The notes beneath the pieces are model-generated. The model was given only the letters and a program-made list of their open reading frames with translations. It searched no databases and was not told where the DNA came from. Positions 35,085 through 43,346 of a stretch of DNA of 64,000 nt are shown one piece after another. A program made the position numbers and the translations under genes. Within the stretch, counting starts at the first letter, position 1; each line of letters starts with the position of its first letter. The DNA is from an uncultured Acidobacteriota bacterium (lineage in GTDB: Bacteria > Acidobacteriota > UBA6911): NCBI GenBank assembly GCA_963827655.1, contig CAWHCF010000043.1:64001-128000 (forward strand). Direction: 5' to 3'.

Positions 35085-35995
35085 CAAGACTCTCCTATGA
35101 CCTGGAGGAACACGTCTTCGAGGGATTGCTTCAGCGGAACCAGATGCCGTATCTGCACATGGTGTTCGCGCGCTGCACGCAGAATGCTCCCGCTGCCGAG
35201 TCCATCCATCAGATGGACCTTGAGCATTCCATTTTCACCATCCAGGCACTGGCAGCCGAGCATTTGAAGTTCCGCGCGGAAAGCCTCGACGTCGCCCTTG
35301 ATGCGGCACTCGAAGACAGGACCGACGGCGCGTTTCAACTCCTGGATTTTTCCCGATGCCAGGCGCTTTCCTTTGTGAATCACCGTTGCTTCCTGACACA
35401 CCCACTCCACATCTGGCAGGAGGTGAGACGACAGAATGACGTGTATTCCTTTACTGGTAGAAATGTCCTGGATGAGACCCAGCATTTCCACCCGGCCCTT
35501 GGGGTCGAGTCCATTGGTGGGCTCGTCCAGGAAGACCAGTTCCGGATCGTGCACGAGAGCCTGCCCGAGCTTGATGCGCTGCTTCATCCCGGTCGAATAG
35601 GTCTCCAGGTTGCGATAGCGCGCCTCTCCGAGCCCGACGTAGTAGAGGATTTCATGAGCGCGCTGGAGCGCGTCCTTAGGCTTCATCCCGGTAAGCTGAC
35701 CGGCGTAAGAAACGAAACTTACCGCATTCATGCCCGGGATATGGCAGTCATTCTCGGGCATGTAGCCTACTCGCTGACGAATCGAAAGCTGTTGGGTCCG
35801 AACATTGAAGCCAAGCACGCTGCCGTCGCCAGAACTTGGTGAAAGAAATCCAAGAAGCGTTTTCAACAATGTAGTCTTGCCGGCGCCGTTCGGACCAAGC
35901 AATCCCATCGAGCCGCCCGAGAACTGCATGCTGACTCCGTCGAGCGCCTTCTGTTTGCCGAACGTTACCGTAATGTTCTCAAAATCGATAATCAC
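35084..35995 (-). CDS. ABC transporter ATP-binding protein
   Basis: GPNGAGKTT, YSTGMKQR, FLDEP, SSH. Confidence 0.93.
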   Translation of the reverse strand: MIIDFENITVTFGKQKALDGVSMQFSGGSMGLLGPNGAGKTTLLKTLLGFLSPSSGDGSVLGFNVRTQQLSIRQRVGYMPENDCHIPGMNAVSFVSYAGQLTGMKPKDALQRAHEILYYVGLGEARYRNLETYSTGMKQRIKLGQALVHDPELVFLDEPTNGLDPKGRVEMLGLIQDISTSKGIHVILSSHLLPDVEWVCQEATVIHKGKRLASGKIQELKRAVGPVFECRIKGDVEAFRAELQMLGCQCLDGENGMLKVHLMDGLGSGSILRAAREHHVQIRHLVPLKQSLEDVFLQVIGES

Positions 35996-36110
35996 ACTTC
36001 CGCCTCTGGATCTTGCAGCGGTAGTACGACCCCCGGGATCTATAAGTTCGAGGAATTATACTCCACCGCATCACCGCGTTTCTTGCGGTCTTCGTAATTG
36101 TTCCTGTTCC

Positions 36111-36137
36111 CACCGCAGAGACGCGAAGACGCCGAGA
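36111..36137. repeat. 8-nt-period family unit
   Basis: CACCGCAGAGACGCGAAGACGCCGAGA, similar to 28603. Confidence 0.55.
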
Positions 36138-36185
36138 ATTACCTCGAGGAGCGGGCTTCCGCACTCCAAGAGCGCGCTTTGACGT

Positions 36186-36511
36186 GCGCAAGCTTGCTCT
36201 GACCTTACACGCATCTTGTAAAGGCCCAGCAACGAACGGTTACGCCAGCTCGCGCCCTGAAAGGGCGAAGGAAATTAGCCGGGGGCAAGCGGAGCGCTGC
36301 CCACGGTCACAGTGCAGGCGAAGAAACGCGCCCCGGAGGGGCGCTGGACGCGGCCCATGAATGCTCCGGACGCCCGTTCAGGGCGCATGGAACTATAAAC
36401 CCCAGCCCCGGGCTGCGCTTCGCTTGCCCGGGGCTAATTTCCGTCGCCCCCTCCGGGGCGAAATCGCCGAGACCTATGAGATGCGTGTAAGGTTCAAGAG
36501 CGTGCTTGCGC
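36186..36511. mobile_element. Non-autonomous MITE/REPIN-like palindromic element
   Basis: ~30-bp imperfect terminal inverted repeats with perfect core ACCTTACACGCATCT/AGATGCGTGTAAGGT; four internal CGCCC-n-GGGCG hairpins; inverted GAAATTAGCC..GGGCAAGCG pair; no ORF. Confidence 0.7.
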
Positions 36512-36628
36512 TATGTGGTGCCGCTTCCGTCTGAATCGCAAGGAAATACCTTGTCACTGAAGCAACCGCCGCCTAAAATCATAGAAGCTCGCTTTGCCCT
36601 GCAGAAAAAAGGACAGCGAGAAAACTTG

Positions 36629-36979
36629 ATGGCATATTTCAACTCAAGATCTACGTCAGGATGTTTGCTGGTGCTCCTCTGCACCGGCCTCTCTCTTTTG
36701 CTCGGCGTCGAATCCGGACGCTATCGGCTTCTTTCCATCACCCAGTCCGTGAAATTGATTTTAGTGTCGCAGATTCCCAACAAGACAAAGTACGTCCTGG
36801 ATGCGTCCACTACCAAGATCACGGTTGACGGCAAGCCGGCGGAATTCCTGGATTTGAGGGCCTTCACAGTCGTTCACATCAAGTTCGAGGTCAAGAAGGG
36901 GACCAAGGAAGGAGTTGACATTGACGGGGTCGCTACAGAAATCTCCGTTTCCACGCCGGAGAATCAAAAAGCGCCATAA
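36629..36979 (+). CDS. Hypothetical secreted protein (small beta/OB-like)
   Basis: Hydrophobic N-terminus; TKITVDGKPAEF.DL pattern. Confidence 0.6.
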   Translation: MAYFNSRSTSGCLLVLLCTGLSLLLGVESGRYRLLSITQSVKLILVSQIPNKTKYVLDASTTKITVDGKPAEFLDLRAFTVVHIKFEVKKGTKEGVDIDGVATEISVSTPENQKAP

Positions 36980-37053
36980 ATAGTTTAATTAATTAGGCTT
37001 ACATACTCAAAAGATTCACTAAAAATCCCCTTCTCGCCTGACTTTCTTTTGCT

Positions 37054-37059
37054 TATAAT
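37054..37059 (+). promoter_or_regulatory. -10 box TATAAT
   Basis: Perfect hexamer in AT-rich context, 7 nt before the structured region. Confidence 0.5.
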
Positions 37060-37066
37060 TCGATCC

Positions 37067-37371
37067 GTCCAACGGTACCCCCAGCGGTGGCCGGGGGCAC
37101 CACCTTCAGCCCCACCATCGGTGGCTTCAGAAAGACTGCCTGGCAGCGGGTCTAATAACCGGCTGTCTGTCAAGTTTTGTACCGTGATGGACCGCGTTAC
37201 GAGAGTTTTCTTCCCGTTTTTGGAAGTCAAATCTTCTCAAGCGTGACTCTGACATCCAACAACTGACTGCTGACGAGGTTTGTTAGTGGTCGGCTTCGGG
37301 CTCGGTTGTCCATTGTGCAAGGGTCTCCAAGGTCACAGCCTCTTGCCTGGTGAGTGGTTCAGCCGAGGCCC
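37067..37371 (+). ncRNA. Candidate structured RNA / long 5' leader (unknown family)
   Basis: Closing stem 37067-37078 with 37179-37192 enclosing three hairpins, followed by further G-U-rich stems up to the SD. Confidence 0.4.
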
Positions 37372-37398
37372 TGAAGAAGCGCCAGGTTTGGAGGAACC

Positions 37399-38448
37399 AT
37401 GGGTCTGGGCTCCGCACTCCAATATGTCGATAATTGGGAAACGGAGCGTTACGAGTTGCTCAATACTCGCGTCTGTGATCTGGCACTCAATTTCGACGAG
37501 ACTCCGCTCCGGCGGTGCATCGAGCGACTCTACGCGGAACTCGCAGCCAAGAAGATTCGGTTCAGGCCCCCCTACTATTTCACCTGTGGCGGCGACGAGT
37601 GGGGGTGCCCCGATCGAGTCCCGATTATCGGCGTTCCATTTCACCTTGCCGATAACAAACTCACTCGCATCGAGCGAGAGCTGGGTTATACCGCCTATGA
37701 CCGGCAGGATCTCATGTTTCTTTTGAGACACGAGACCGGTCATGCCATCAACTACGCTTACCAACTCTTCCGTACTCGAGAGTGGCAGCGAACTTTCGGC
37801 GCTTTTAACAAGAGTTACCCTGTAAACTTCAAGTTTAAATTTAACCCATTCAGCCGCAATTATGTGAAGAGTCAGGGCGACCCGAAGTATTACGCGCAGT
37901 CCCATCCAGACGAGGATTTCGCGGAAACCTTCGCCGTCTGGTTAACGCCGCGTTCCAATTGGCGCATCCAATACCGGAACTGGCCCGCGTTGAAAAAACT
38001 CGAGTACGTGGATCGAGTGATGGGGCGGCTTAGACGCACGAACCCGAAGGTATCAAGCCGGGATATGGATTCTCCGTATCATTCCAAGACCTATACCCTG
38101 ATTGAGTATTACGGCGAGGACCTGGAGAACTTCAAGGACAAGGCTCTTGGAATCTACGATGCGGACCTCAGGCGGATCTTCGCTTCGTCCAATGGACACC
38201 GGAGGAGCGTGCCGGCGAAGGACCTCATTCGAAGGAATCGCCGCTTCTTGATCGAGACCATCGCAAAGTGGACCGGCGCCAGGGAGAAGACCGTACTTCC
38301 CGTAATCAACAAGTTTTTTCATCGATGCCGGGAACTCGGCCTGACGCTGCACACGGAGGATGAAAGCTTTCCGCTAGCCTCGGTAACCGCGCTCGGGACT
38401 GCTGTAGTAATGAACTACCTGCATACAGGCCGCTACATTCCTGACTGA
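37399..38448 (+). CDS. Putative zinc-binding metallopeptidase (Peptidase_Mx1-like)
   Basis: GGAGG SD; LRHETGHA (HExxH); YAQSHPDEDFAETFAVWLTP. Confidence 0.85.
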   Translation: MGLGSALQYVDNWETERYELLNTRVCDLALNFDETPLRRCIERLYAELAAKKIRFRPPYYFTCGGDEWGCPDRVPIIGVPFHLADNKLTRIERELGYTAYDRQDLMFLLRHETGHAINYAYQLFRTREWQRTFGAFNKSYPVNFKFKFNPFSRNYVKSQGDPKYYAQSHPDEDFAETFAVWLTPRSNWRIQYRNWPALKKLEYVDRVMGRLRRTNPKVSSRDMDSPYHSKTYTLIEYYGEDLENFKDKALGIYDADLRRIFASSNGHRRSVPAKDLIRRNRRFLIETIAKWTGAREKTVLPVINKFFHRCRELGLTLHTEDESFPLASVTALGTAVVMNYLHTGRYIPD

Positions 38449-38449
38449 G

Positions 38450-38513
38450 TTCTTCGCGTCTAGCGGTGAACTACTGCGGAACGAAAAAACCACCACGAGG
38501 ACGCAAAGGCGCC
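38450..38513. repeat. Degenerate inverted pair of the 8-nt-period family between convergent genes
   Basis: TTCTTCGCGTCTAGCGGTG ... CACCACGAGGACGCAAAGGCGCC. Confidence 0.55.
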
Positions 38514-38517
38514 ACCT

Positions 38518-39873
38518 TCACTTTAGTTGTGCGATGAGGTCCAGCGTCTCTCGAACCAGGGCTTGCGCGCGGCGGCGCGATTTCGCCTCGGCGACTATGC
38601 GCACAACAGGCTCTGTGTTCGAGGCGCGCACGTGAAGGCAGGCATCAGGCCAGAACAGCTTAAGACCGTCCAGCTTTGTCTTGCCGGCGGCGGCGAGACG
38701 ACGCTCCAGGCTTTCCAGCAACGGCGAAACGCGATCGGGAGGCAAATCGACTTTCTGCTTGACCATGAAGTAACGAGGGATCTGTTCGAGTATCTGAGGG
38801 AGAGACTTGCGGTGGTCCGCCATTAATTGCAGCACGGCTCCCATGCCGCTCATGCTGTCGCGGCAGTAGTGTATCTCCGGAAGTATCACGCCGCCATTCC
38901 CTTCCCCTCCCACCACCGCGCCGGCATGTATCATCTCCTCGACTACATTGGCCTCGCCTATCTTGGTTCGTATCACCGGACAGGAGAGGCTCTCAGCGAT
39001 GTCATCAATGGCTCGCGTGGTCGAAAGATTGGTCACCACCGGGCCTCGGTGTTTCTCGAGCACGAAGAGAGTCGCCAGAGCCAGAGTGTAATCCTCGCCG
39101 ATCGGGTTCCCGAGCGGATCGATGACGGCGAGCCGATCGGCGTCGGCATCCTGCGCGAAACCGACGTCCGCGCGGTGTTGAACGACCGCCTTGCGGAGCA
39201 CAGTCAGGTTTTCGGGGATAGGCTCGGGGTCGCGGGGGAAGATGCCGTTGGGCGTGGTATGAAGCTCGACAACCCGGCATCCCAATGCCCGCAAGAATTG
39301 CGGGGCCGCGAGACTTCCGGCTCCATTGCAGGAATCGAGCACCACCTTGAGCCGGGCGCGCCGAATGAGGTCGGCGTCAAAATAGCGGAGCAGGCGCTGG
39401 ATGTGGCCAGGAATTGCCTGCGCATCCCGCCGGACGTCGCGTATTTCGCTCGACGGAACCAGCGTGAAGCTGCGCTGGTGATAGATGTCGAGCAGTTCAT
39501 CGGCCTGGTAGGCGTTAAGAAAGAGTCCTTCGGCGCTTATGAACTTCAGCGCATTCCATTGAGCAGGATTATGGCTGGCGGTAATGGCAATGGCTCCGCT
39601 CGAGCGCACCTCTGCGGCGCGGATCTGTATCGAAGGGACCGGGCAAATACCCAGGTCCACCGGCTCGCATCCTGCGGCTAGAAGACCCGCGAATACTGCG
39701 TTGCCGACCATCTCGCCCGACTGTCGCGTATCCCTGCCGACCAGGATCGGGCCGGGGCCCAGGTAAGTGCCAAATGCCCCCGCAAAGGCGGTCAACAGCT
39801 GCGGAGTCAGGGTATCGCCCACGATGCCCCGAACCCCGGAAATGCTGATCTTCAGCGAGCGGACTTTGTTCAC
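38518..39873 (-). CDS. glmM: Phosphoglucosamine mutase / phosphohexomutase
   Basis: SISGVRG, ITASHNP, DADADR, GGEGNGG, RASNTEP. Confidence 0.85.
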   Translation of the reverse strand: MNKVRSLKISISGVRGIVGDTLTPQLLTAFAGAFGTYLGPGPILVGRDTRQSGEMVGNAVFAGLLAAGCEPVDLGICPVPSIQIRAAEVRSSGAIAITASHNPAQWNALKFISAEGLFLNAYQADELLDIYHQRSFTLVPSSEIRDVRRDAQAIPGHIQRLLRYFDADLIRRARLKVVLDSCNGAGSLAAPQFLRALGCRVVELHTTPNGIFPRDPEPIPENLTVLRKAVVQHRADVGFAQDADADRLAVIDPLGNPIGEDYTLALATLFVLEKHRGPVVTNLSTTRAIDDIAESLSCPVIRTKIGEANVVEEMIHAGAVVGGEGNGGVILPEIHYCRDSMSGMGAVLQLMADHRKSLPQILEQIPRYFMVKQKVDLPPDRVSPLLESLERRLAAAGKTKLDGLKLFWPDACLHVRASNTEPVVRIVAEAKSRRRAQALVRETLDLIAQLK

Positions 39874-41234
39874 TCGTTCCCTCTCCCAGCCTGAACGCGC
39901 GCGATCTGGTCGATGGACTGGTCGTAAAGATCACGGGCGCGCGTTTCGGCCTCGGCCTCGACGATGATTCGAACCAGCGGCTCGGTATTGCTGGCTCGAA
40001 CATGCAGCCAGGCGTCGGGCCAATCGACCCTCACTCCATCCTCGAGATTCGGCGAGTTTTCATGGTAGCGCTTGCGAAAGGCTTCAAGCACGGGATAAGT
40101 TCGTTCGGAAGAACTCGGCAGCGCTCCCTTCAGAAGGTAGTATCGAGGAAAGCGATGGGCGAGCTCGCCGAGGGTCGCTCCGGTTCGAGCCATGCATTGC
40201 AGCACAATCCCTGCGGTAGAGAAAGCGTCGAACCAGCGGTTCCACTTGGGAACGACTACGCCGCCGCTTCCCTCCCCGCCGACGGCAGCCTTCTCGCCCA
40301 GCACCCGCTCGACCACGTAGCCTTCCCCGATCCGGGCGTAGATCACTTTGCGTCGATGCCTGGCGGCCACGCTCTCCACCATGCGAGACGTAGAGAGCGT
40401 GGATACGACAGGCCCGCGCGTCGAATCGAGAAGATAGTCGGCCACGATGGGGAAAACATATTCCTCGCTTAAAGCGTTCCCTCCTTCAGCCACGAATCCC
40501 AACCGGTCGGCATCAGCATTTACCGAAATACCCAGATCGGCCTCCACGCTTTTCACTACTGAAGCGACTCCCTTCATATTGCGAACGTTCGGTTCGGGAG
40601 GATGGGGAAATTCGCCGTCGGGCTCATCGTTCAACCGGATGACTTTGCATCCCAGCCGCTCGAGGAACGCAGGGATCAAGCCGGCACCGGCGCCGGCGCA
40701 GCAATCGCTGACAATCTTGAAACGCGCCTTCCGGATAGACGCGACATCGAGCCTGGCCAGAAGGTAATCGAAATAACGTTCGGACATATCAGGCATCCCC
40801 TGAACTTTCCCGAGACTATTCCAGGGATTCTTTCTGAACTCGCCCAGGTGATAGATGTCCATCACCTCCTGGCTTTGGTAGGAATTGAGGAGCATTCCCT
40901 CCTTGCCGATAAACTTGAGCGCATTCCATTTAGCGTCGTTATGGCTGGCGGTGATGGAAATTCCTCCGGCCAGCCGGCTCGACCGTATGGCAAATTGGAC
41001 CAGTGGCGTGGGCGCGAGCCCGAGGTCGACGACTGAACAGCCACAGGACTGGAGTCCTGCGAGCACGGCGGCGTGAACCATCGGGGAGGATCGTCGAGAG
41101 TCGTGTCCCACGGCAACCGAAGCGCCGTCTACGAAGGTTCCGAAAGCGCAGGCGAAGTCAACCAACAGCTCCGGTGTCAGGGTTTCTCCGACGACTCCAC
41201 GAACCCAGGAAATCCCAATCTTCAGAGGTCTCAT
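39870..41234 (-). CDS. Second phosphohexomutase paralog
   Basis: ITASHND, NADADR, GGEGSGG, RASNTEP; GTGA overlap with the downstream paralog. Confidence 0.85.
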   Translation of the reverse strand: MRPLKIGISWVRGVVGETLTPELLVDFACAFGTFVDGASVAVGHDSRRSSPMVHAAVLAGLQSCGCSVVDLGLAPTPLVQFAIRSSRLAGGISITASHNDAKWNALKFIGKEGMLLNSYQSQEVMDIYHLGEFRKNPWNSLGKVQGMPDMSERYFDYLLARLDVASIRKARFKIVSDCCAGAGAGLIPAFLERLGCKVIRLNDEPDGEFPHPPEPNVRNMKGVASVVKSVEADLGISVNADADRLGFVAEGGNALSEEYVFPIVADYLLDSTRGPVVSTLSTSRMVESVAARHRRKVIYARIGEGYVVERVLGEKAAVGGEGSGGVVVPKWNRWFDAFSTAGIVLQCMARTGATLGELAHRFPRYYLLKGALPSSSERTYPVLEAFRKRYHENSPNLEDGVRVDWPDAWLHVRASNTEPLVRIIVEAEAETRARDLYDQSIDQIARVQAGRGNE

Positions 41235-41267
41235 TTCGGCGGCTTCTTGGCGGATCCTTTGCACTCT

Positions 41268-41702
41268 TCAGGATTCGCCGCGGATGCTCCCTTCGACCAG
41301 CTCTCCAATGCTCAAATCATAACCCTTGTGCCTGGGATTGCGCGCATATCCACGATAGATGGTGTTGCAGAAATAGCAAACGGTTACTTCGGGAAGTCGA
41401 TAGTATAGGAACCAATCCAAGGCAGCTGCAACCAGTAGGCTCAATCCGTAGGTGAAGACGCTCGTGATGGCTCCGACCACTAGAATGGCGCAGCCCAGCC
41501 TCCGGTTGAAGTCTTTCTGAAGGTAGAACAGATCCTTACCGCACACGACGCAGGTGTCGATCAAGCTTTGCCGGACGATCGATTCAGAGACCTTAAGATA
41601 TATGGCGGCCTGGCAATGCTCGCAGCTCAGATTCTCGGTGCTTTCGCCCGTGACATAGACATTCTCTTGTGAACACGACGGGCAAAGAAAGTTGATTCGC
41701 AT
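41268..41702 (-). CDS. Hypothetical Zn-finger membrane protein (four CxxC pairs, two TMs)
   Basis: CPSC, CEHC, CVVC, CYFC; YLQKDFNRRLG before the hydrophobic hairpin. Confidence 0.7.
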   Translation of the reverse strand: MRINFLCPSCSQENVYVTGESTENLSCEHCQAAIYLKVSESIVRQSLIDTCVVCGKDLFYLQKDFNRRLGCAILVVGAITSVFTYGLSLLVAAALDWFLYYRLPEVTVCYFCNTIYRGYARNPRHKGYDLSIGELVEGSIRGES

Positions 41703-41704
41703 GA

Positions 41705-42556
41705 CTACAACGGGTATCCGATCGACACCAGAATGTAACGAGAGAGGAACTCGCCGAAGAGGATGAAGACGACGGCCACATAAAGAATTCCGGTGGCCGA
41801 TTGTGTCGATCGGATTTTCACCGTCTGCCAGATCATCCAGGATAAGGCCAGGGGAAGAATCAAGCCGAATAGAATCCGCTGGCCGATGAACAGCATGTTG
41901 ACCAGCATGACATTTGAGAGGATGTCGGCTCCGGATGAGCTCAGCTCCTTCCAGATCAAGACCGACGTGTAGCTCCCCAGGAGCACGCGGGCAATCAGAA
42001 CGCCGATGAAAAGACCCGCTATAATCTGTAAATGACGCACGGGCATTCCCGGATCGACCAGGTACCAGTGTCCCAGGATCATGCAGATCACCACGGAACC
42101 TAGCGCGAGCGCAGAGAGAATGGAATCGAGGGGAAAGAGAAATACCCCGACCGGAGAAGGAATAGCGCCGTTCACCAGGTCCGAGGAGAGTATCGTCAGG
42201 GAAAACGCGCCCGAAAGCGCAGCCGCAGCCAGCAGCATCCGACTGATCAAATACTTCCGAAACGGTAAGCCGACGAGATAACCAACGAGCAGCGCCGCAA
42301 CCGCCCAAAGCCACGGGGTGGCGCCGTCGATGTGGGTCTGCCAGTGGAGCACGCGCTCTCGTGAAGAAAGCGCCGCTTCGCCCCGCACATATACGCTGTA
42401 GGCGAGTTGAGCCAGGACCAGCAAGGCCAGGCTGATGGTTCCGTTGAAGCGAAAGAACCGTTCTCCCAGTGCCCGTTGCGAGAGGACCAGGAGGCTGAGC
42501 AGCATCCCCACAACGAGGTGTACGGAGACAAGGTAGAAGATGATGAAGCCGATCAT
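41705..42556 (-). CDS. Polytopic membrane protein of unknown function
   Basis: About 8 TM segments; MILGHWYL and STQSATGILY motifs. Confidence 0.75.
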   Translation of the reverse strand: MIGFIIFYLVSVHLVVGMLLSLLVLSQRALGERFFRFNGTISLALLVLAQLAYSVYVRGEAALSSRERVLHWQTHIDGATPWLWAVAALLVGYLVGLPFRKYLISRMLLAAAALSGAFSLTILSSDLVNGAIPSPVGVFLFPLDSILSALALGSVVICMILGHWYLVDPGMPVRHLQIIAGLFIGVLIARVLLGSYTSVLIWKELSSSGADILSNVMLVNMLFIGQRILFGLILPLALSWMIWQTVKIRSTQSATGILYVAVVFILFGEFLSRYILVSIGYPL

Positions 42557-42584
42557 TCGACTTGGAGGGAGCGAACCCGGGGAC

Positions 42585-42631
42585 CTTGCGCCTTGGTGGT
42601 TGTGCCAGGCCACCGCCAAGACACGAAGAAG
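42585..42631. repeat. Inverted pair of the 8-nt-period family
   Basis: CCTTGCGCCTTGGTGGTT ... CACCGCCAAGACACGAAGAAG. Confidence 0.6.
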
Positions 42632-42635
42632 TCTT

Positions 42636-42938
42636 TTACAAACCCAGGTGGACTTCCAGTCCTTCGACTTTTACCGGATAGGTCTTGACTGAAATATTGG
42701 GATTAATAGGGCACACACCCGTGGTGACGTTGTAGGTCCAGCCATGCCACGGGCAAATGACGGTCTCCCCTTCGAGAAAACCCTCGCCCAACGGACCTCC
42801 AAGGTGAAGACAGGTATTGTCGATAGCGTAAAAGGTCCCGCCCACGTTGAACAGCGCGATTTGACGGTCGCCCGCTACCACTACTTTCCCCTGCCCCGGC
42901 TGCACGTCTGTTGTTGCGGCCACTCGCACAAAATTCAC
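42636..42938 (-). CDS. Rieske [2Fe-2S] ferredoxin (NirD/dioxygenase-ferredoxin-like)
   Basis: CLHLG...CPWHG. Confidence 0.92.
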   Translation of the reverse strand: MNFVRVAATTDVQPGQGKVVVAGDRQIALFNVGGTFYAIDNTCLHLGGPLGEGFLEGETVICPWHGWTYNVTTGVCPINPNISVKTYPVKVEGLEVHLGL

Positions 42939-43012
42939 AATGATGTTCCCCTCGAACCGCTCTCTCGACCAGGGAGTTTCCAGAATCTCATCGAGGAAGT
43001 CACGAGCAAGGA

Positions 43013-43300
43013 CTAGTGGGCGCCTACAGGCTCCGCTTCGGGAATGACCTCTTCATAGGTATACATGTCGATCGTTTCCCAGGGACAGTATTTGGCGCAC
43101 AAGGTGCATCCAATACAGCGGTCATAGTCCACCACGCAGACCTTATCCACTTCCATGTGATTCGGGCCCTTCACGAGGTCGATGCAGTCCACCGGGCAAA
43201 ACACGATACAAGCCTCACAGCCGGTGCATCCTTCCACATGAATCACGGCTAACTGTTTGGGTTTCTTTTTTCTGGGCGGCTTCGGTGCGCCTTCGGGCAT
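43013..43300 (-). CDS. 2x[4Fe-4S] ferredoxin
   Basis: CTGCEACIVFCP and CIGCTLCAKYCP. Confidence 0.92.
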   Translation of the reverse strand: MPEGAPKPPRKKKPKQLAVIHVEGCTGCEACIVFCPVDCIDLVKGPNHMEVDKVCVVDYDRCIGCTLCAKYCPWETIDMYTYEEVIPEAEPVGAH

Positions 43301-43346
43301 GAAGTCGATCTCCTATTTAATCAGTTTTGAGTCTCGGCATTAGATT

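Noticed and set aside
37240-37390. glmS ribozyme or cobalamin riboswitch in the long leader
   Set aside because: TGACGAGG and AGCGCC occur in the wrong order for glmS; AGAAAGACTGCC resembles a B12-box end but the rest of the core is absent.
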